NCBI GenBank assembly: GCA_963697895.1
Contig: OY969100.1
Location: 448,001 to 512,000 of the forward strand
Direction: 5' to 3'
Length of the DNA stretch: 64,000 nucleotides
DNA from: an uncultured Methanomicrobiales archaeon
Lineage (GTDB): Archaea; Halobacteriota; Methanomicrobia; Methanomicrobiales; Methanospirillaceae
Shown: in pieces, positions 1-11,230 of the stretch
How positions within the stretch are numbered: the stretch's first letter is position 1
How the letters are laid out: every line of letters begins with the position of its first letter
Notes under the pieces: generated by a model
Databases searched by the model: none
The model's input: only the letters and a program-made list of their open reading frames with translations
Told to the model about the DNA's origin: nothing
Program-made: the position numbers and the translations under genes

Positions 1-781
1 GAGAAATACGTTCATCCATGACAGCCTGGCCGAGCGACTGTGCCAGCCGGGAACGGCCTGCATGGACGTTTCTTCCGCTTATTGCAGGCACGATCACCGC
101 GCCGATCAATTGGGCAGCTGCGATCGGAGAGAGGAGGAGGTCGTAATCCCCCGTACTGATATCCATACCGTTCTGGAAATGCTCCGCGAAGAATGCTGCC
201 CGTTCTCCGACTTTCCCGGGGTGGACATTATTCGTCCATGATTCTTCGAACTCGTATCCGGTAGATTGCCCGGCGATGGCTTCAAGGGAGAGGGAAATGT
301 GAGAGGATGGTTGTGTATAACGCACCCCATGGGAATTCGCCAGTGTCGTTGTCGAAAGGGCAAGGTCAGCCGAGCCTGAGGTCACCTGGACCCGGTGTTC
401 CCCGGCACCTTCCAGCATTTCTTCGAGGAGATGCCGTGCCACCATCGGGTCAACCAAGAGATTAGGATCATAGTTTATGGGAGGATATGAGTCGGCAGCG
501 GGGGTTGGTAAACCTCCCCATGGCAGGGGAGTGGAGAGCTTTCCACTCGATATTGCCGATGAGAGGCATTCATGCCACTGGCCGGGGTTATTCGTGCTTG
601 AGACGCCGATCCGTCCTGCCTGGATCGTCCTCACCGAAAGTCCAGCGCTCCGCGATCCGGTCGCCAATGCCACCTTATCTTTCTGGAGACTGACAGAGAC
701 GGATGTGCCCTCGGCGTAATATACTTCCAGTTCGTCGACTTCTTTTCGCCCGGCGGCGATAAGCGCCTCAATCCACGCCAC
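1..781 (-). CDS. pmbA: TldE/PmbA family protein (3' end runs off the window edge)
   Basis: Read manually: open frame from GTG 781 (MAWIEALIAAGRKEVDELEVYYAEG...GLSVRTIQAGRIGVSS...LANSHGV...GDYDLLLSP...GRSRLAQSLGQAVMDERIS). It overlaps the tldD stop. Absent from the ORF track because it has no stop in the window. Confidence 0.85.
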   Translation of the reverse strand, partial: MAWIEALIAAGRKEVDELEVYYAEGTSVSVSLQKDKVALATGSRSAGLSVRTIQAGRIGVSSTNNPGQWHECLSSAISSGKLSTPLPWGGLPTPAADSYPPINYDPNLLVDPMVARHLLEEMLEGAGEHRVQVTSGSADLALSTTTLANSHGVRYTQPSSHISLSLEAIAGQSTGYEFEESWTNNVHPGKVGERAAFFAEHFQNGMDISTGDYDLLLSPIAAAQLIGAVIVPAISGRNVHAGRSRLAQSLGQAVMDERIS

Positions 782-2099
782 TGCCGCCCACCACCGCCTC
801 GGTCAGAAGAATATGGGGGGCTCCGTCGCTCACCGGAACGCTCTGCCCCCCTTTCCCGCAGTACCCCTGATGCATCTGTCGATCATTCCCACAGAGACTG
901 ATTGCATGCAGAGTCAGAAGGATTTCACCGGACAGGGAAACATCCCTGACCATTCGTGTGCACTCCCCGTTCTCTATCATATACCCGTATTCCGCGTTGA
1001 ACTGGAATATCCCCCGGCCAGGATCGACCTGGCCACCCCGCGATCCGCTCAGGAGGATACCATCTTTGCATTCCATGAGGATCTCCTCGAGATGGGCATC
1101 TCCGTTCTCGACAAAGGTATTACTCATCCGAACAATCGGCGGCTCTCCCGGCATCGCCCGTGCGTGACCGGCAACTCCGTTCCCGACCGCTGCAAGCGTC
1201 TCACGATTGTGGAGGTAGGCGTTCACGACCCCCCTTCGGATGATCTCCGTTCTCATGACAGCCGATCCTTCCGCATCTACCGGTTCAAATCCAAACTCAG
1301 GGAGAGACGGGTCGTCGACGATCGTCAGGATTTTGTTCCCTATCTGATTCCCGATCCGCCCGGAAAGAACGGAATTACCTTCCTGGACCAGATCCCCCTC
1401 ACTCGCGTGCCCGACCGCTTCATGTGCGAAGACCCCGGCCAACTCCGGGTCGAGGACCGCACGCATGGTCCCCCCCCGGACCGCACCTGCATCCAGAAGA
1501 CTGACCGCCCGCTCAGCTGCTTTTTGCCCGCATTCCTGCTTGTGCCGGAGGTTCAGCCCATGAATCGAATGTTCCCGCTCATACCCCATCTGTACCGTAC
1601 CATTCCTTGACGCTACTGCGAGAATCGTAAACCCTGAACGACAGACCGAATATGAAAATTCGCTTCCCTGGCTGTCCACGTACCGGACCTTTTCAAGCCG
1701 TTCACTGTAGGTTGCCCGGGTATTGACAACCCCGGGGATCCTGGCACTCTTTTCAATCTCCGCAAGAAGAGCGGTCTTCTCCTCGATCCCCACGTCTGAA
1801 GGGTCTTCCTTCATCGGCGGAACCGGAAGGACTCCCCGAGGTGCATCCGCAAGGTGAACCTCCTCATCCGTGACCGCTGCAAGGCTTTCCGCCTGCCTGA
1901 TCAGGGTTTCAAGATCGTTTCCCCGGGGACGATGGTAGTTATCCAGGGTCAGGATACCCCATCCATCCGGGCCAAGGACGCGGATGACGGACTGATTGAA
2001 AAACGAGGTTCCGGCTGATTCGACCACGGTATTATCAAGGTCGATATGGGTCTGTTCGCCGGTGAGATGGCGGATATCGTAGTAACGTATCCGCGACAT
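768..2099 (-). CDS. tldD: TldD family metalloprotease
   Basis: HEAVGHASEGD zinc motif, RMSNTF, C-terminal CGKGGQSVPVSDGAPH; paired with pmbA. Confidence 0.93.
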   Translation of the reverse strand: MSRIRYYDIRHLTGEQTHIDLDNTVVESAGTSFFNQSVIRVLGPDGWGILTLDNYHRPRGNDLETLIRQAESLAAVTDEEVHLADAPRGVLPVPPMKEDPSDVGIEEKTALLAEIEKSARIPGVVNTRATYSERLEKVRYVDSQGSEFSYSVCRSGFTILAVASRNGTVQMGYEREHSIHGLNLRHKQECGQKAAERAVSLLDAGAVRGGTMRAVLDPELAGVFAHEAVGHASEGDLVQEGNSVLSGRIGNQIGNKILTIVDDPSLPEFGFEPVDAEGSAVMRTEIIRRGVVNAYLHNRETLAAVGNGVAGHARAMPGEPPIVRMSNTFVENGDAHLEEILMECKDGILLSGSRGGQVDPGRGIFQFNAEYGYMIENGECTRMVRDVSLSGEILLTLHAISLCGNDRQMHQGYCGKGGQSVPVSDGAPHILLTEAVVGGSGVD

Positions 2100-2104
2100 G
2101 ACTA

Positions 2105-4021
2105 TCAGAATGGTGCCGGCGTGATCGGGCTGTCAAGGACCTTTCCGGAATGACCAATCGCCATCTTTCGGATCTTGGCAAGAAACCCTTCCTTGTTTTC
2201 TTCCGGAACCAGCGCATATCCGAGGACATCTTCGATATGGTCGACCGGGATGACTTTGACTATCTCCCTGAACCGTTCCTCGATCAGTACATCATCCATG
2301 TTTGAGCTCGGTATCAGCACCGTTTTTATCCCCGCCTTTGCCGCCGCTTCTATCTTATAGGTGACTCCCCCGACCGGTAGTACATCTCCCCGAACCGAGA
2401 GGGATCCGGTCATCGCCACATCCTGGCGGACGGGAATCGACTCGATTGCGCTGATCACCGCAGTTGCGACACTGATAGATGCGGAATCACCTTCAACACC
2501 ACCATACGTTCCGATGAACTGGATGTGGATATCCATATTTTTGATATCTTTCCCGGTGAACTTCTTCAGGACCGCACTGACGTTCTTGATCGATTCCTGT
2601 GCGATCTCTTTCAGCATCCCGGTCGCGATAACCGTTCCGCTCTCGCCCTGAGCCGGTGTGACTTCGGCCATAATCGGGAGGACGGATCCCGAGTCGGACC
2701 CCATTACCGCGAGGCCATTTACCCGTCCGACCCGTGTGCCGTCGATGACCGTAAGCTCATACTCGCGGCTCCGCCGAATATATTCATCAGAGACCTGGTC
2801 CTCGATAGAACGGGCCGAATTCTTGGCGGCAATCACGTGATCCGCCGTTGTGATCTCTGCCCCCTGCTGGCGTGCGAGGTCACCAGCGACGCGAATGAGA
2901 CCCCCCATGTCCCGCAACTTCAGCGTGAGATGGCCCTTCCTGTTAGAGCGGCGTCTCGCCTCCCGGATGATCTCTTCGATCGCATTTCTGTCGAAGTGGG
3001 GGATCTTCCCGTCATTCTTGATCTCCTGTGCGATGAACCGGATGAATTTCTGCCTGTTTTCAGGTGTATCCTCCATGCTCTCGCTCATATAAACTTCATA
3101 CCCATATCCGCGGATACGGGATCGGAGCGCGGGATGCATCCCCTGAATTGCATCGAGATTCCCAGCGGCGACCATTACAAATCTGCACGGGACCGCCTCC
3201 GTCCGGACCATCGCCCCGCTGGATCGCTCGCTCTGGCCGGTTATCGGAAATTGTCCTTCCTGGAGTGCCGAGAGGAGGTTCTGCTGGGAGTGCGGGGTGA
3301 GGGTATTGATCTCATCAATAAAAAGCACCCCTTCATGTGCCCGGTGTATCGCTCCTGCTTCGACGCGGTCATGTGCTGGCGTTTCCAACCCTCCGCTCTG
3401 AAAGGGATCGTGTCTGACATCGCCGAGGAGAGCGCCTGCATGTGAACCGGTCGCATCGATAAAGGGGGCTGTTGTTGTCTGATCGTTGGATACGAGCAGC
3501 TTCGGGACCATCGCTTCTTCCCGGGGGGTTGCGTATCTCAATGCCATGAATACGAACGCAGCCGCAATGATACCCATCAGCCATTGAAACGTGATGAACG
3601 CGTAGCCGATGATCCCGATCATGAGCAGCATGAGAAGAGTGTTCCGGAACTGAATCTTTTTCCTTGCTTCCGCTTTGTGTGCAGTCACTATCTGTTTTCC
3701 CCGCCCTGCCTGTACGGTACGGACAACCGGGTTATTCGGGTCATCAGAGTTTGGATACACAAGGATATCCTGGAGTTCTTCTTTCGGCAGGAGTTCGGCC
3801 ATCGCCTTCGCGAGCATCGATTTGCCTGTCCCGGGGCTTCCGATCATCATGACATGGCGACGCTGGATCGCTGCTTTTTTGATGATCTCCACGGCCTGTT
3901 CCTGACCGATTACCTGGTCTATCAGTCGGGGTGGTACTTCTATCTCTGACGATGCTTCCAGCTGAACATCGTCCGTAAGAACCGGTTCCTGCGTGAGTAC
4001 CCCCCCTTCTTTGGTTTCCAT
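2105..4021 (-). CDS. lonB: Archaeal membrane-anchored ATP-dependent protease LonB
   Basis: Walker A GSPGTGKS, hydrophobic insert, LFIDEI, catalytic GDSASI Ser and YKIEAA Lys. Start uncertain (4021 ATG vs 4045). Confidence 0.95.
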   Translation of the reverse strand: METKEGGVLTQEPVLTDDVQLEASSEIEVPPRLIDQVIGQEQAVEIIKKAAIQRRHVMMIGSPGTGKSMLAKAMAELLPKEELQDILVYPNSDDPNNPVVRTVQAGRGKQIVTAHKAEARKKIQFRNTLLMLLMIGIIGYAFITFQWLMGIIAAAFVFMALRYATPREEAMVPKLLVSNDQTTTAPFIDATGSHAGALLGDVRHDPFQSGGLETPAHDRVEAGAIHRAHEGVLFIDEINTLTPHSQQNLLSALQEGQFPITGQSERSSGAMVRTEAVPCRFVMVAAGNLDAIQGMHPALRSRIRGYGYEVYMSESMEDTPENRQKFIRFIAQEIKNDGKIPHFDRNAIEEIIREARRRSNRKGHLTLKLRDMGGLIRVAGDLARQQGAEITTADHVIAAKNSARSIEDQVSDEYIRRSREYELTVIDGTRVGRVNGLAVMGSDSGSVLPIMAEVTPAQGESGTVIATGMLKEIAQESIKNVSAVLKKFTGKDIKNMDIHIQFIGTYGGVEGDSASISVATAVISAIESIPVRQDVAMTGSLSVRGDVLPVGGVTYKIEAAAKAGIKTVLIPSSNMDDVLIEERFREIVKVIPVDHIEDVLGYALVPEENKEGFLAKIRKMAIGHSGKVLDSPITPAPF

Positions 4022-4106
4022 TCTCTGATTTACCTCTTTGCACACGTAGGTACTAATATAATTAATTCATGCTAGTTTAAGTACTTTCAGCATGAGGTAG
4101 GATGAG

Positions 4107-4955
4107 ATGAAGGTAATCAGCACCGAATCGTCGCAGATCCTTGCAGGAAGAATTGCCGGGGCGATGCATACCGGAATTGTCGATGTCAGGTTCTCCCGGT
4201 TTCCCGACGGGGAGATCTACCTGATAACGGGTCCTCTCGATGAAGAGACGGTGATTGTCGGGAGTACGGTTGATAATGATGCATTAGTCCAGCTCCTTCT
4301 TCTGATCGACGCTTGTGAAGATTCGGTCAATCATCTTGTACTCCCGTATATGGGATATGCCCGTCAGGATAAACGATTCCATCGCGGTGAACCGCTCAGT
4401 GCCCGGGCAATAGCCCGGATTCTTTCCCGGGGTATTTCGCGGGTGTACACCGTCAACATCCACGAACCGTCGGTACTCTCCTTTTTTGGGGTTCCTTCGG
4501 AGAATATATCCCTTGCTGGCGACATCGGCGCATTTCTTCTGGAAAACGGCCCGGAGGATCCTCTCATCCTCGGGCCGGACGAAGGTGCTGCGGAGTTTGC
4601 CGAAGGCGTTGCCCATGCCGGATGCTGGGATTGCGACCATCTCAAAAAGACACGACTGTCAGGGGAAAATGTCGTCATGGAACCGAAGAGCCTGGGTGTG
4701 GAAGGTCGTGATGTGGTTCTGGTCGATGACATCATATCCACCGGAGGGACACTAGCGACTGCAGCAGGCATGCTGTATGACCAGGGAGCCCGTAATATTG
4801 ATGCTTTCTGCGTGCATGGGGTCTTCACGGGGGGGGCATATATGCACCTCCGGGCCGCGGGTATCCGGGATATCATCTGTTGTGACACCATCGAACGGGG
4901 GTGCAGCATGGTCACTGCAGCAGGCTGTATTTCGGCATGCCTCCGGAAGTCCTGA
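4107..4955 (+). CDS. prs: Ribose-phosphate pyrophosphokinase
   Basis: FPDGE, PYMGYARQDK, LVDDIISTGGT. Confidence 0.95.
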   Translation: MKVISTESSQILAGRIAGAMHTGIVDVRFSRFPDGEIYLITGPLDEETVIVGSTVDNDALVQLLLLIDACEDSVNHLVLPYMGYARQDKRFHRGEPLSARAIARILSRGISRVYTVNIHEPSVLSFFGVPSENISLAGDIGAFLLENGPEDPLILGPDEGAAEFAEGVAHAGCWDCDHLKKTRLSGENVVMEPKSLGVEGRDVVLVDDIISTGGTLATAAGMLYDQGARNIDAFCVHGVFTGGAYMHLRAAGIRDIICCDTIERGCSMVTAAGCISACLRKS

Positions 4956-5934
4956 AGATCGACGGCTGCAGCCACGAGGGTGGTGGGCAGATAGTACGCA
5001 TGGCGGTCGCGCTTTCGGCAATCTCCGGCCGCACGATAGAGATAATCAATATCCGTGCCAACCGCCGGGATCCCGGGCTGGGTAACCAGCATTGTGCAGC
5101 AGTCAGGGCCGTTGCCGAAGCATGCAACGCGAATATCAGCGGGTGCATGAAAGGGAGCACCCATATCCGTTTCGCTCCCCGGGATATCCGGTGGCGAAAT
5201 ATAGGAATCGATATCGGGACTGCGGGGAGCATCCCGCTTGTCCTTCAGGCGTGGCTACCGGTCGCTCTTACCGAAGGCGGATCTCTCACCGTTTCCGGGG
5301 GGACCGAGGTCATGCACAGTCCGACGATCGATTATATTGCTCATGTATTCATTCCAATCCTGCTCCGATTCGGAGCATCAGTGGATCTCGAGATCATCCG
5401 GCGGGGGTACTATCCACGCGGGGGGGAAGGGTAACCATGCTGGTCAGCTCGTCGAAGATTTCCCCGATCATGCTCTCTCACAAACCCTGCCCTGCTGCCT
5501 GTGGCATATGCTCCAGCTCTTCAAATCTGCCGGATCACGTCGCCGATCGCCAGGCCCGCATTGCCGATGATCTTCTTTCCGCTTCGCTCGGAGTGACTTG
5601 CCCGATAATGGTTGATCGGAGGACGGGAGACAGCACGGGAAGTTCCTGCACCGTATGGGCAGGGACCAAAGGAGGATCTGCCCTTGGTAAGCGTGGCCTC
5701 CGGGCCGAACGGGTGGGGGAGAAGGCTGCATGTCTGCTCCTCGATGCGATGAGAAAACCCGGAGACGTTGACGAATACCTGAGCGATCAGCTCCTCATCT
5801 ATATTGCGCGATACCGGGGGAGATATTCCACCCACACCCGGTCGATGCATGCGCTGACCATGTGCTGGCTTCTCGGGTTGTTCGGATATCAGATCACCGG
5901 CGAGGGTGGGGAAATGGTGACCTATTCCGCATGA
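4937..5934 (+). CDS. rtcA: RNA 3'-terminal phosphate cyclase (one apparent frameshift in the G run at ~5420-5426)
   Basis: DGCSHEGGGQIVR, IRANR..PGL, GTAGSIPLVLQ, RRGYYPRGG, DEYLSDQL, SMHALT (catalytic His). Adding one G joins ORFs 4901..5434 and 5092..5934. Confidence 0.88.
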
Positions 5935-6386
5935 AATCTGTTCTCGATGCATCGGTTTTTTTTACTGATCTCTCTCTTGAAGGAGAGCTCTACACGACTC
6001 CACTGGTCGTTTCCGAGCTAAAAGACCTCCGATCCAAAGGACGGCTGGAAAGTCTGCTGACCCGGGGTCTGGTGGTGACCGAACCCGGACCGGAGAGCAG
6101 GCGCCGCGTGGAGGACGCTGCCGACCGGAGCGGTGACCGGGTCGTCCTGTCACGAGCGGATATCGATCTTCTGGCCCTGGCGCTTGAAATCGGGGCAATC
6201 GTCTTCACCGATGATTTTGCCATCCAGAACACGGCACTGATACTCGGGGTAGAGACGCGATCTCTTCTGCAGCGGAAGGCTGTCCGGCGAACCTGGCGGT
6301 TCCGGTGCAACGGGTGCGGCCGCTACTATTCGCAACCGGGATATTGCACGGTATGCGGCGCGATCATTAAAAGAAAACTTAAATAG
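5931..6386 (+). CDS. nob1: NOB1-family PIN endonuclease with C-terminal zinc ribbon
   Basis: VLDASVF, LSRADIDLLALA, TDDFAIQN, CNGC...CTVCG; ATGA overlap with rtcA. Confidence 0.9.
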   Translation: MKSVLDASVFFTDLSLEGELYTTPLVVSELKDLRSKGRLESLLTRGLVVTEPGPESRRRVEDAADRSGDRVVLSRADIDLLALALEIGAIVFTDDFAIQNTALILGVETRSLLQRKAVRRTWRFRCNGCGRYYSQPGYCTVCGAIIKRKLK

Positions 6387-6407
6387 CTGGGTCCTGAACT
6401 TCTCTTC

Positions 6408-7019
6408 ATGTCATCCCTCGATGAACTGATCCTCCGGGCGAAGATGCTGCTTTCGGAGGGTCACAGCCCGGGCCAGATCGCCGATGAGCTCAGCCTCTCG
6501 ATGGAGACGGTGACCTGGCTCCTGACACAGCAGAAGGGCGCCGCAATCCCGAAAGATGTCCATATCGACTGGACGAATGTGAGTGAATATGCAACCCTGA
6601 TCGACGATATGGCAATGATGCTGCTCCGGCATTATTATTGCGCATCGGCGGAAACGGCCGGACCAGAACGGGAGACGGCCTCGGTCATCGTGGGGATTGC
6701 CATCACCGGAATCCCGCTCGCGACCTTAATTGCGGTTCAGGAAGATGCAAAACTTGCTATCTATTATCCCGCGAAGCAGAGCACCAGTGACAACCCGGTG
6801 GGATCGATGAGCGGGAACTTCGCGAACATCTCCGGTGAGCGGTGCCTGATCGTCGATGATGTGATCACATCCGGAAAGACCCTTCATGAGGTGGTCAAAT
6901 ATGTGAAACGCCATGGATCGGTTCCCGTTGGTATCGTCGTCATCTTCGACAAACGCGGAATCAGGGAGATCGAGGGGGTTCCTGTCCATTCGCTGTTTAA
7001 GATATCCCGTATCGATTGA
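6408..7019 (+). CDS. Orotate phosphoribosyltransferase-like protein with N-terminal HTH (PyrE-like/GfcR-type regulator)
   Basis: N-terminal HTH ([18 protein letters not shown]), [12 protein letters not shown] motif [12 protein letters not shown]. Confidence 0.85.
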   Translation: MSSLDELILRAKMLLSEGHSPGQIADELSLSMETVTWLLTQQKGAAIPKDVHIDWTNVSEYATLIDDMAMMLLRHYYCASAETAGPERETASVIVGIAITGIPLATLIAVQEDAKLAIYYPAKQSTSDNPVGSMSGNFANISGERCLIVDDVITSGKTLHEVVKYVKRHGSVPVGIVVIFDKRGIREIEGVPVHSLFKISRID

Positions 7020-7083
7020 AAAGTTATGAGATACACCTGAACAGCCAAGCAGACTGAGGTCGGCGCACCGGCATATGGATCAG

Positions 7084-7106
7084 TTTATATAGAAGTCCAA
7101 TTCAAT
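7084..7106 (+). promoter_or_regulatory. TATA box (TTTATATA) plus GAA-N3-CAAT-N-CAAT element of the thermosome promoter
   Basis: TTTATATAGAAGTCCAATTCAAT upstream of a GGAGG SD and ATG 7133; same motif upstream of grpE. Confidence 0.65.
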
Positions 7107-7132
7107 CTTTTACCACATTGGAGGATTATTCT

Positions 7133-8719
7133 ATGCTTGGAGGACAACCCATAATTATTTTAAAAGAGAACGTTGAGCGGAACCGCGGGCGTGAAGCCCA
7201 GCGTTCAAACATTACCGCGGCGAAGGCGATTGCAGGGGCAGTCAGGACAACGCTTGGTCCACGGGGCATGGATAAGATGCTGGTCTCAGGAACCGGGGAC
7301 ATCACGATCACGAATGATGGTGCAACCATCCTCTCAGAGATCTCAGTTCAGCATCCAGGTGCGAAGATGGTGATCGAGGTTGCCAAAGCGCAGGACGATG
7401 AGGTTGGCGACGGAACGACAACCGCCGTGGTGCTCGTCGGTTCCCTGATGGAACAGGCCGAACACCTGATCACGTCCAAGATTCACCCGACGGTGATCGC
7501 CCAAGGATACCGGATGGGAATGTACAAGGCGCTCGATATCCTGAACTCCCTCTCTATCCCGGTAGATTCGTATGACCGGGACACGCTCATCAAGATCGCT
7601 GACACCGCAATGACCGGGAAATCGATCGAATCGGTAAAAGGCAAACTCAATGCCATCGCTGTGGATGCAGTGATCGGAGTCTCGGAGAAGGTGGGCGGGA
7701 AAGTCATCGTTGACGAGGACGACGTCATGATCAAGAAACAGAAGGGAGAGACCATGGATGATGCAGAACTCGTCCGTGGAATGGTCCTCGACAAGAAACG
7801 GCTCAGCGAAGATATGCCCCGGAAGGTGAAATCGGCCAAGGTCGCGATGGTGGCGACCCCGCTCGAGATCAAAAAGACCCAGGTGAAAGCCAAGATCAAG
7901 ATCAGCTCCAGTGAGCAGATGAGCGCCTTCGGCGTTCAGGAACGTGAATCCCTCAAAAATCTGGCGGATGCGGTGATCTCGTCCGGTGCGAACGTCCTCC
8001 TCTGCCAGAAGGGAATTGCAGATGCGGTTCAGTTCTATCTTGCAAAGGCCGGCATATTCGCGGTCGAGGATGTCCCCGAGAAGGACATGAAATACGCGGC
8101 ACGTGCCCTCGGAGGCGCAATCGTCAACAAGGCAGAGGACCTTACCGCCGCGCAGCTCGGGCACGCAGATATGGTGGAAGAACTGGAAGACACCGATATC
8201 GTCAAGATATCGGGATGCAAGAACCCGAAAGCAGTCACCATCCTTCTCCGGGGTTCATCCGACTATCTCCTCGACGAGCTCGAGCGGGCGGTTGTGGATG
8301 GTACACGAGTCGTCATGGACGTGATGGAAGACGGGAAGTATGTCGTCGGCGGAGGGTCGATCGAGACGGAGCTGCTCATGCAGATCAACGAATATGCGAC
8401 CCAGATCGGCGGACGGGTCCAGCTCGCTATAGAGGCCTATGCAAAATCCTTCGAGGTCATCCCCCTCACCCTCGCAGAGAACTCAGGGTTCAACCCGATC
8501 GACAAACTGGTCGACCTGAAGAATGCACATGCGAAGGGGCAGAAAAATGCGGGGCTGAATGTGTACACCGGGAAGATCGTCGATATGAAGAAAGACGGTG
8601 TCATCGAGCCGATGCGCTCCAAGCGCCAGGCAATCCAGTCCTCGGCCGAAGCGGCGATCATGCTCATCAGGGTCGATGATATGATGATCACGAGCGAGAA
8701 ATCAAAGGCACCGGCATAG
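7133..8719 (+). CDS. ths: Thermosome (group II chaperonin) subunit
   Basis: [25 protein letters not shown]; GGAGG SD before ATG 7133. Confidence 0.96.
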   Translation: MLGGQPIIILKENVERNRGREAQRSNITAAKAIAGAVRTTLGPRGMDKMLVSGTGDITITNDGATILSEISVQHPGAKMVIEVAKAQDDEVGDGTTTAVVLVGSLMEQAEHLITSKIHPTVIAQGYRMGMYKALDILNSLSIPVDSYDRDTLIKIADTAMTGKSIESVKGKLNAIAVDAVIGVSEKVGGKVIVDEDDVMIKKQKGETMDDAELVRGMVLDKKRLSEDMPRKVKSAKVAMVATPLEIKKTQVKAKIKISSSEQMSAFGVQERESLKNLADAVISSGANVLLCQKGIADAVQFYLAKAGIFAVEDVPEKDMKYAARALGGAIVNKAEDLTAAQLGHADMVEELEDTDIVKISGCKNPKAVTILLRGSSDYLLDELERAVVDGTRVVMDVMEDGKYVVGGGSIETELLMQINEYATQIGGRVQLAIEAYAKSFEVIPLTLAENSGFNPIDKLVDLKNAHAKGQKNAGLNVYTGKIVDMKKDGVIEPMRSKRQAIQSSAEAAIMLIRVDDMMITSEKSKAPA

Positions 8720-8733
8720 GCGCACAATATTCA

Positions 8734-8741
8734 TTTTTTTT
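8734..8741 (+). terminator. Oligo-T archaeal terminator after thermosome
   Basis: T8 run ~15 nt after the stop codon. Confidence 0.5.
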
Positions 8742-8994
8742 GAAACTCTGCTAACACGAGACCGGACCCCATCGGCTTCCGGGACTGTTACAGGAACAGG
8801 GTGCATCCTTTTTAAAAAATCTAGAGCGGGGAAAGAATCATCCACTCTTGCCCGTGAGGATTTGGATGTCTGAGAATTTCTCACCCGGTCCGATATTCAT
8901 TTTCAAAAAGGTGTAGAAAAGACGGAATCCCTTCTTCATCAATAACGGCCTGATATGTGCTCACTACAGAATGATCCGGCCATCCTTTGCCCGA

Positions 8995-9468
8995 TCATTC
9001 GTCGGGATTATATTCTGCGCTCTTCGTTTTCTCAAAAAGTTCACGGATTGTTACTGTGTTACCTCCGGATGCCCCTGATGCTGTCCCTGGTTGGGGGGTA
9101 TCGGCGGGGTGTACGGATAGTGACGTTACCGAGGCGGCTCCGGATTCCGATCCCTGCGATGACGTTCCGGACCGGGACACGTCCGAAGCAGTCCCGGATT
9201 GCGATGCTTGAGCTATAGTCCCGGTCGGTGAGGTATCAGATTGTGTTCCTGACGGTGATGAAACCGATGTGGACCCTGACTGCGGAGGCTCGGGCTGATC
9301 AAATGATGGTGTTATGACTCCGCTCTGATCTAACGGGCACATGTTGATGCTGGAAGAAGTATCCACCGGCCCGAGGCCGGATGGCCCGAACGGGCACAAA
9401 CTTCCTAACGGGACCGGGATGGCCAACATACATGCCATCGTCCAGATTAAAAACTCTTCATATGTCAT
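8995..9468 (-). CDS. Hypothetical Ser/Thr/Gly-rich exported or membrane-anchored protein
   Basis: GGAGG SD before ATG, hydrophobic N-terminus, low-complexity S/T/G body. Confidence 0.55.
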   Translation of the reverse strand: MTYEEFLIWTMACMLAIPVPLGSLCPFGPSGLGPVDTSSSINMCPLDQSGVITPSFDQPEPPQSGSTSVSSPSGTQSDTSPTGTIAQASQSGTASDVSRSGTSSQGSESGAASVTSLSVHPADTPQPGTASGASGGNTVTIRELFEKTKSAEYNPDE

Positions 9469-9850
9469 GGTTGTACCTCCAATGGGGGATATGCGACGTC
9501 ACCGTTTCCTTCGGGATAGTTCCCGCCGGAATCCCCCGAATTTCATGATATCTCATCTCCTTTCTGATCCCTGACTTGAGATCATTTTCGGGTACGTGCG
9601 TCCGGGGATCCTGGGGATCTCTTCGATCGATACCAGTGGAATCGAACATGCTTCCGGAATTTATTTATGGTTTTTGGTCCGGAGCTGATCAGTCCTGCAC
9701 CATTCGGTTCAAACGATGAATGGCAAGTTCCTATCCCCTGCAGCCGGGGTTTTCCCATCCCTGGGATGCAGGTATTTATAAATAAAAGGAATTTGTTCCG
9801 GAATTTTATTGTCCTGCTCTGGTACACCAGTATTCCGCCTGTCAACGCGA

Positions 9851-10048
9851 TCAGGTCAGAACGATCTTCACCTCTTCCTCCTCAATTGGCTTATCCTGAG
9901 GCAGGCTCATCCCCCGATAGATGATCAGGACCGTATCCGGGATTATCCCGAAGGTCAGGAGTGCGGTTTCATAGGTATCCCCGCTCCTCCCTTCATAGAT
10001 AAGCACCTCACCGCCCGGGACGGTGATCATTTTGCAGCGGACCGTCAT
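9851..10048 (-). CDS. Ubiquitin-like small archaeal modifier (SAMP2/ThiS/MoaD beta-grasp), C-terminal GG absent
   Basis: GDTYETALL..GIIPDTVLII..G..LPQD..IEEEEVKIV resembles the SAMP2 pattern; ends at IVLT*. Confidence 0.7.
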   Translation of the reverse strand: MTVRCKMITVPGGEVLIYEGRSGDTYETALLTFGIIPDTVLIIYRGMSLPQDKPIEEEEVKIVLT

Positions 10049-10093
10049 CCGATACCATTATACGAATCCGGAAGAAAAATATGTAGTCCCTGT

Positions 10094-10178
10094 GCCGAGG
10101 TAGTCTAGTCCGGAAAGGCGGTAGCCTCGAAAGCTACTGGTGCTTTGCGCCTCGGGAGTTCAAATCTCCCCCTCGGCG
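10094..10178 (+). tRNA. tRNA-Ser(CGA)
   Basis: Acceptor GCCGAGG/CCTCGGC+G, anticodon arm GTAGC-CTCGAAA-GCTAC, long variable arm, T arm GGGAG-TTCAAAT-CTCCC; CCA not encoded. Confidence 0.95.
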
Positions 10179-10324
10179 TTTTTATTCTTTATTTTCATCC
10201 CGATTGTTCCCTGATTCACCGCCTTCAGTTCGCAGGGGAAGCCCTTCGGACCGATCAAGCAGAAGTTGTTCCGATGGGAAAATTCCCCCCGGTACAAGGT
10301 ATCCCCTGGTATCGTAAAATCCAT

Positions 10325-10951
10325 TCACGCAGAAATATGGAACGAGGAGATCATATGATCAACCGTCGGTTTATAGAGCACCGCCTGGTCGCCCAATAAT
10401 TCAGAGATGAGAATGTAGGTATGATCCGGAGTGGCGACGAACACAAACTGATCAAGAGCGGTCATATTCTGATCTGAAACGATATACTCGAGTTTCCGGG
10501 CAGGATACGATGAAACGGTAATATTCGAGTTTTCCAGAACGGTTACCGTCGCGTTGCCTCCCGTCACAGAATTCAGCTGTTCTTCCGCCATCATATCTAT
10601 CGTCTGTCCCTCGCGGAGAATGGGTTCCTGAACGGAGACAGCAAGTAGTATTCGATCGGAATTATATGGCTTAAAGTATGCATTCGTCAAAAGGAGTGTT
10701 GTATTGTCGGATGCCATGACATCCGACAATGAATAATCCCAGTCTGCGGGGTACTGGATACTCCACCCGGTAACAACATCGGTATACGTAGCGAATGAAA
10801 TACCGGGTGTAGTAGGGGGACCGGTAAGGGTGGGGCTCTGCGTGGGTGTCGAGTTTGGTATTGTCGGGTTCCCGACACAACCGGCGAGCAGTACCAGAGC
10901 AACCATCCCGGTTATCAAAATACATTTTATCTTTACGCCCGATTTGTCCAT
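10325..10951 (-). CDS. PsbP-like lipoprotein
   Basis: Lipobox LLAGC, P/T linker, WSIQYPADW and ISSFHI patterns typical of PsbP-related proteins. Confidence 0.7.
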   Translation of the reverse strand: MDKSGVKIKCILITGMVALVLLAGCVGNPTIPNSTPTQSPTLTGPPTTPGISFATYTDVVTGWSIQYPADWDYSLSDVMASDNTTLLLTNAYFKPYNSDRILLAVSVQEPILREGQTIDMMAEEQLNSVTGGNATVTVLENSNITVSSYPARKLEYIVSDQNMTALDQFVFVATPDHTYILISELLGDQAVLYKPTVDHMISSFHISA

Positions 10952-11020
10952 ATCAGTTCAACCTCGTTAGTTTACTGTAAGGGCGCCCCTCCCGTTCCAA
11001 TCCGGGAACTAACCCCTGAA

Positions 11021-11230
11021 TCATTCTAAACAGATCTCCCTGACCCTTCCGACACTCCCGTCGATCAACTGCACCTTGATACCGTGGGGATGATACGGGC
11101 TGTTGGTCAGTATTTCTGCTATCCTGCCTTCTGTTAATTTCCCGCTGTGCTGATGGTGTTTCAATACGATCTTCACACGATCCCCCGTGCAGATGTTCTT
11201 TCGTTGCCGGTGATCCGTTTCTTTCGTCAT
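11021..11230 (-). CDS. YwbE (DUF2196) family protein
   Basis: GKLTEG.I.EILTNSPYHPHGIKV.L.DG.VGRV. Confidence 0.88.
   Translation of the reverse strand: MTKETDHRQRKNICTGDRVKIVLKHHQHSGKLTEGRIAEILTNSPYHPHGIKVQLIDGSVGRVREICLE

Noticed and set aside
9737-9772. SECIS element for UGA read-through in the SAMP-like gene
   Set aside because: The G-U pair favours the + strand (the gene is on -), there is no GAA/A bulge of archaeal SECIS, and no Sec machinery is in the window
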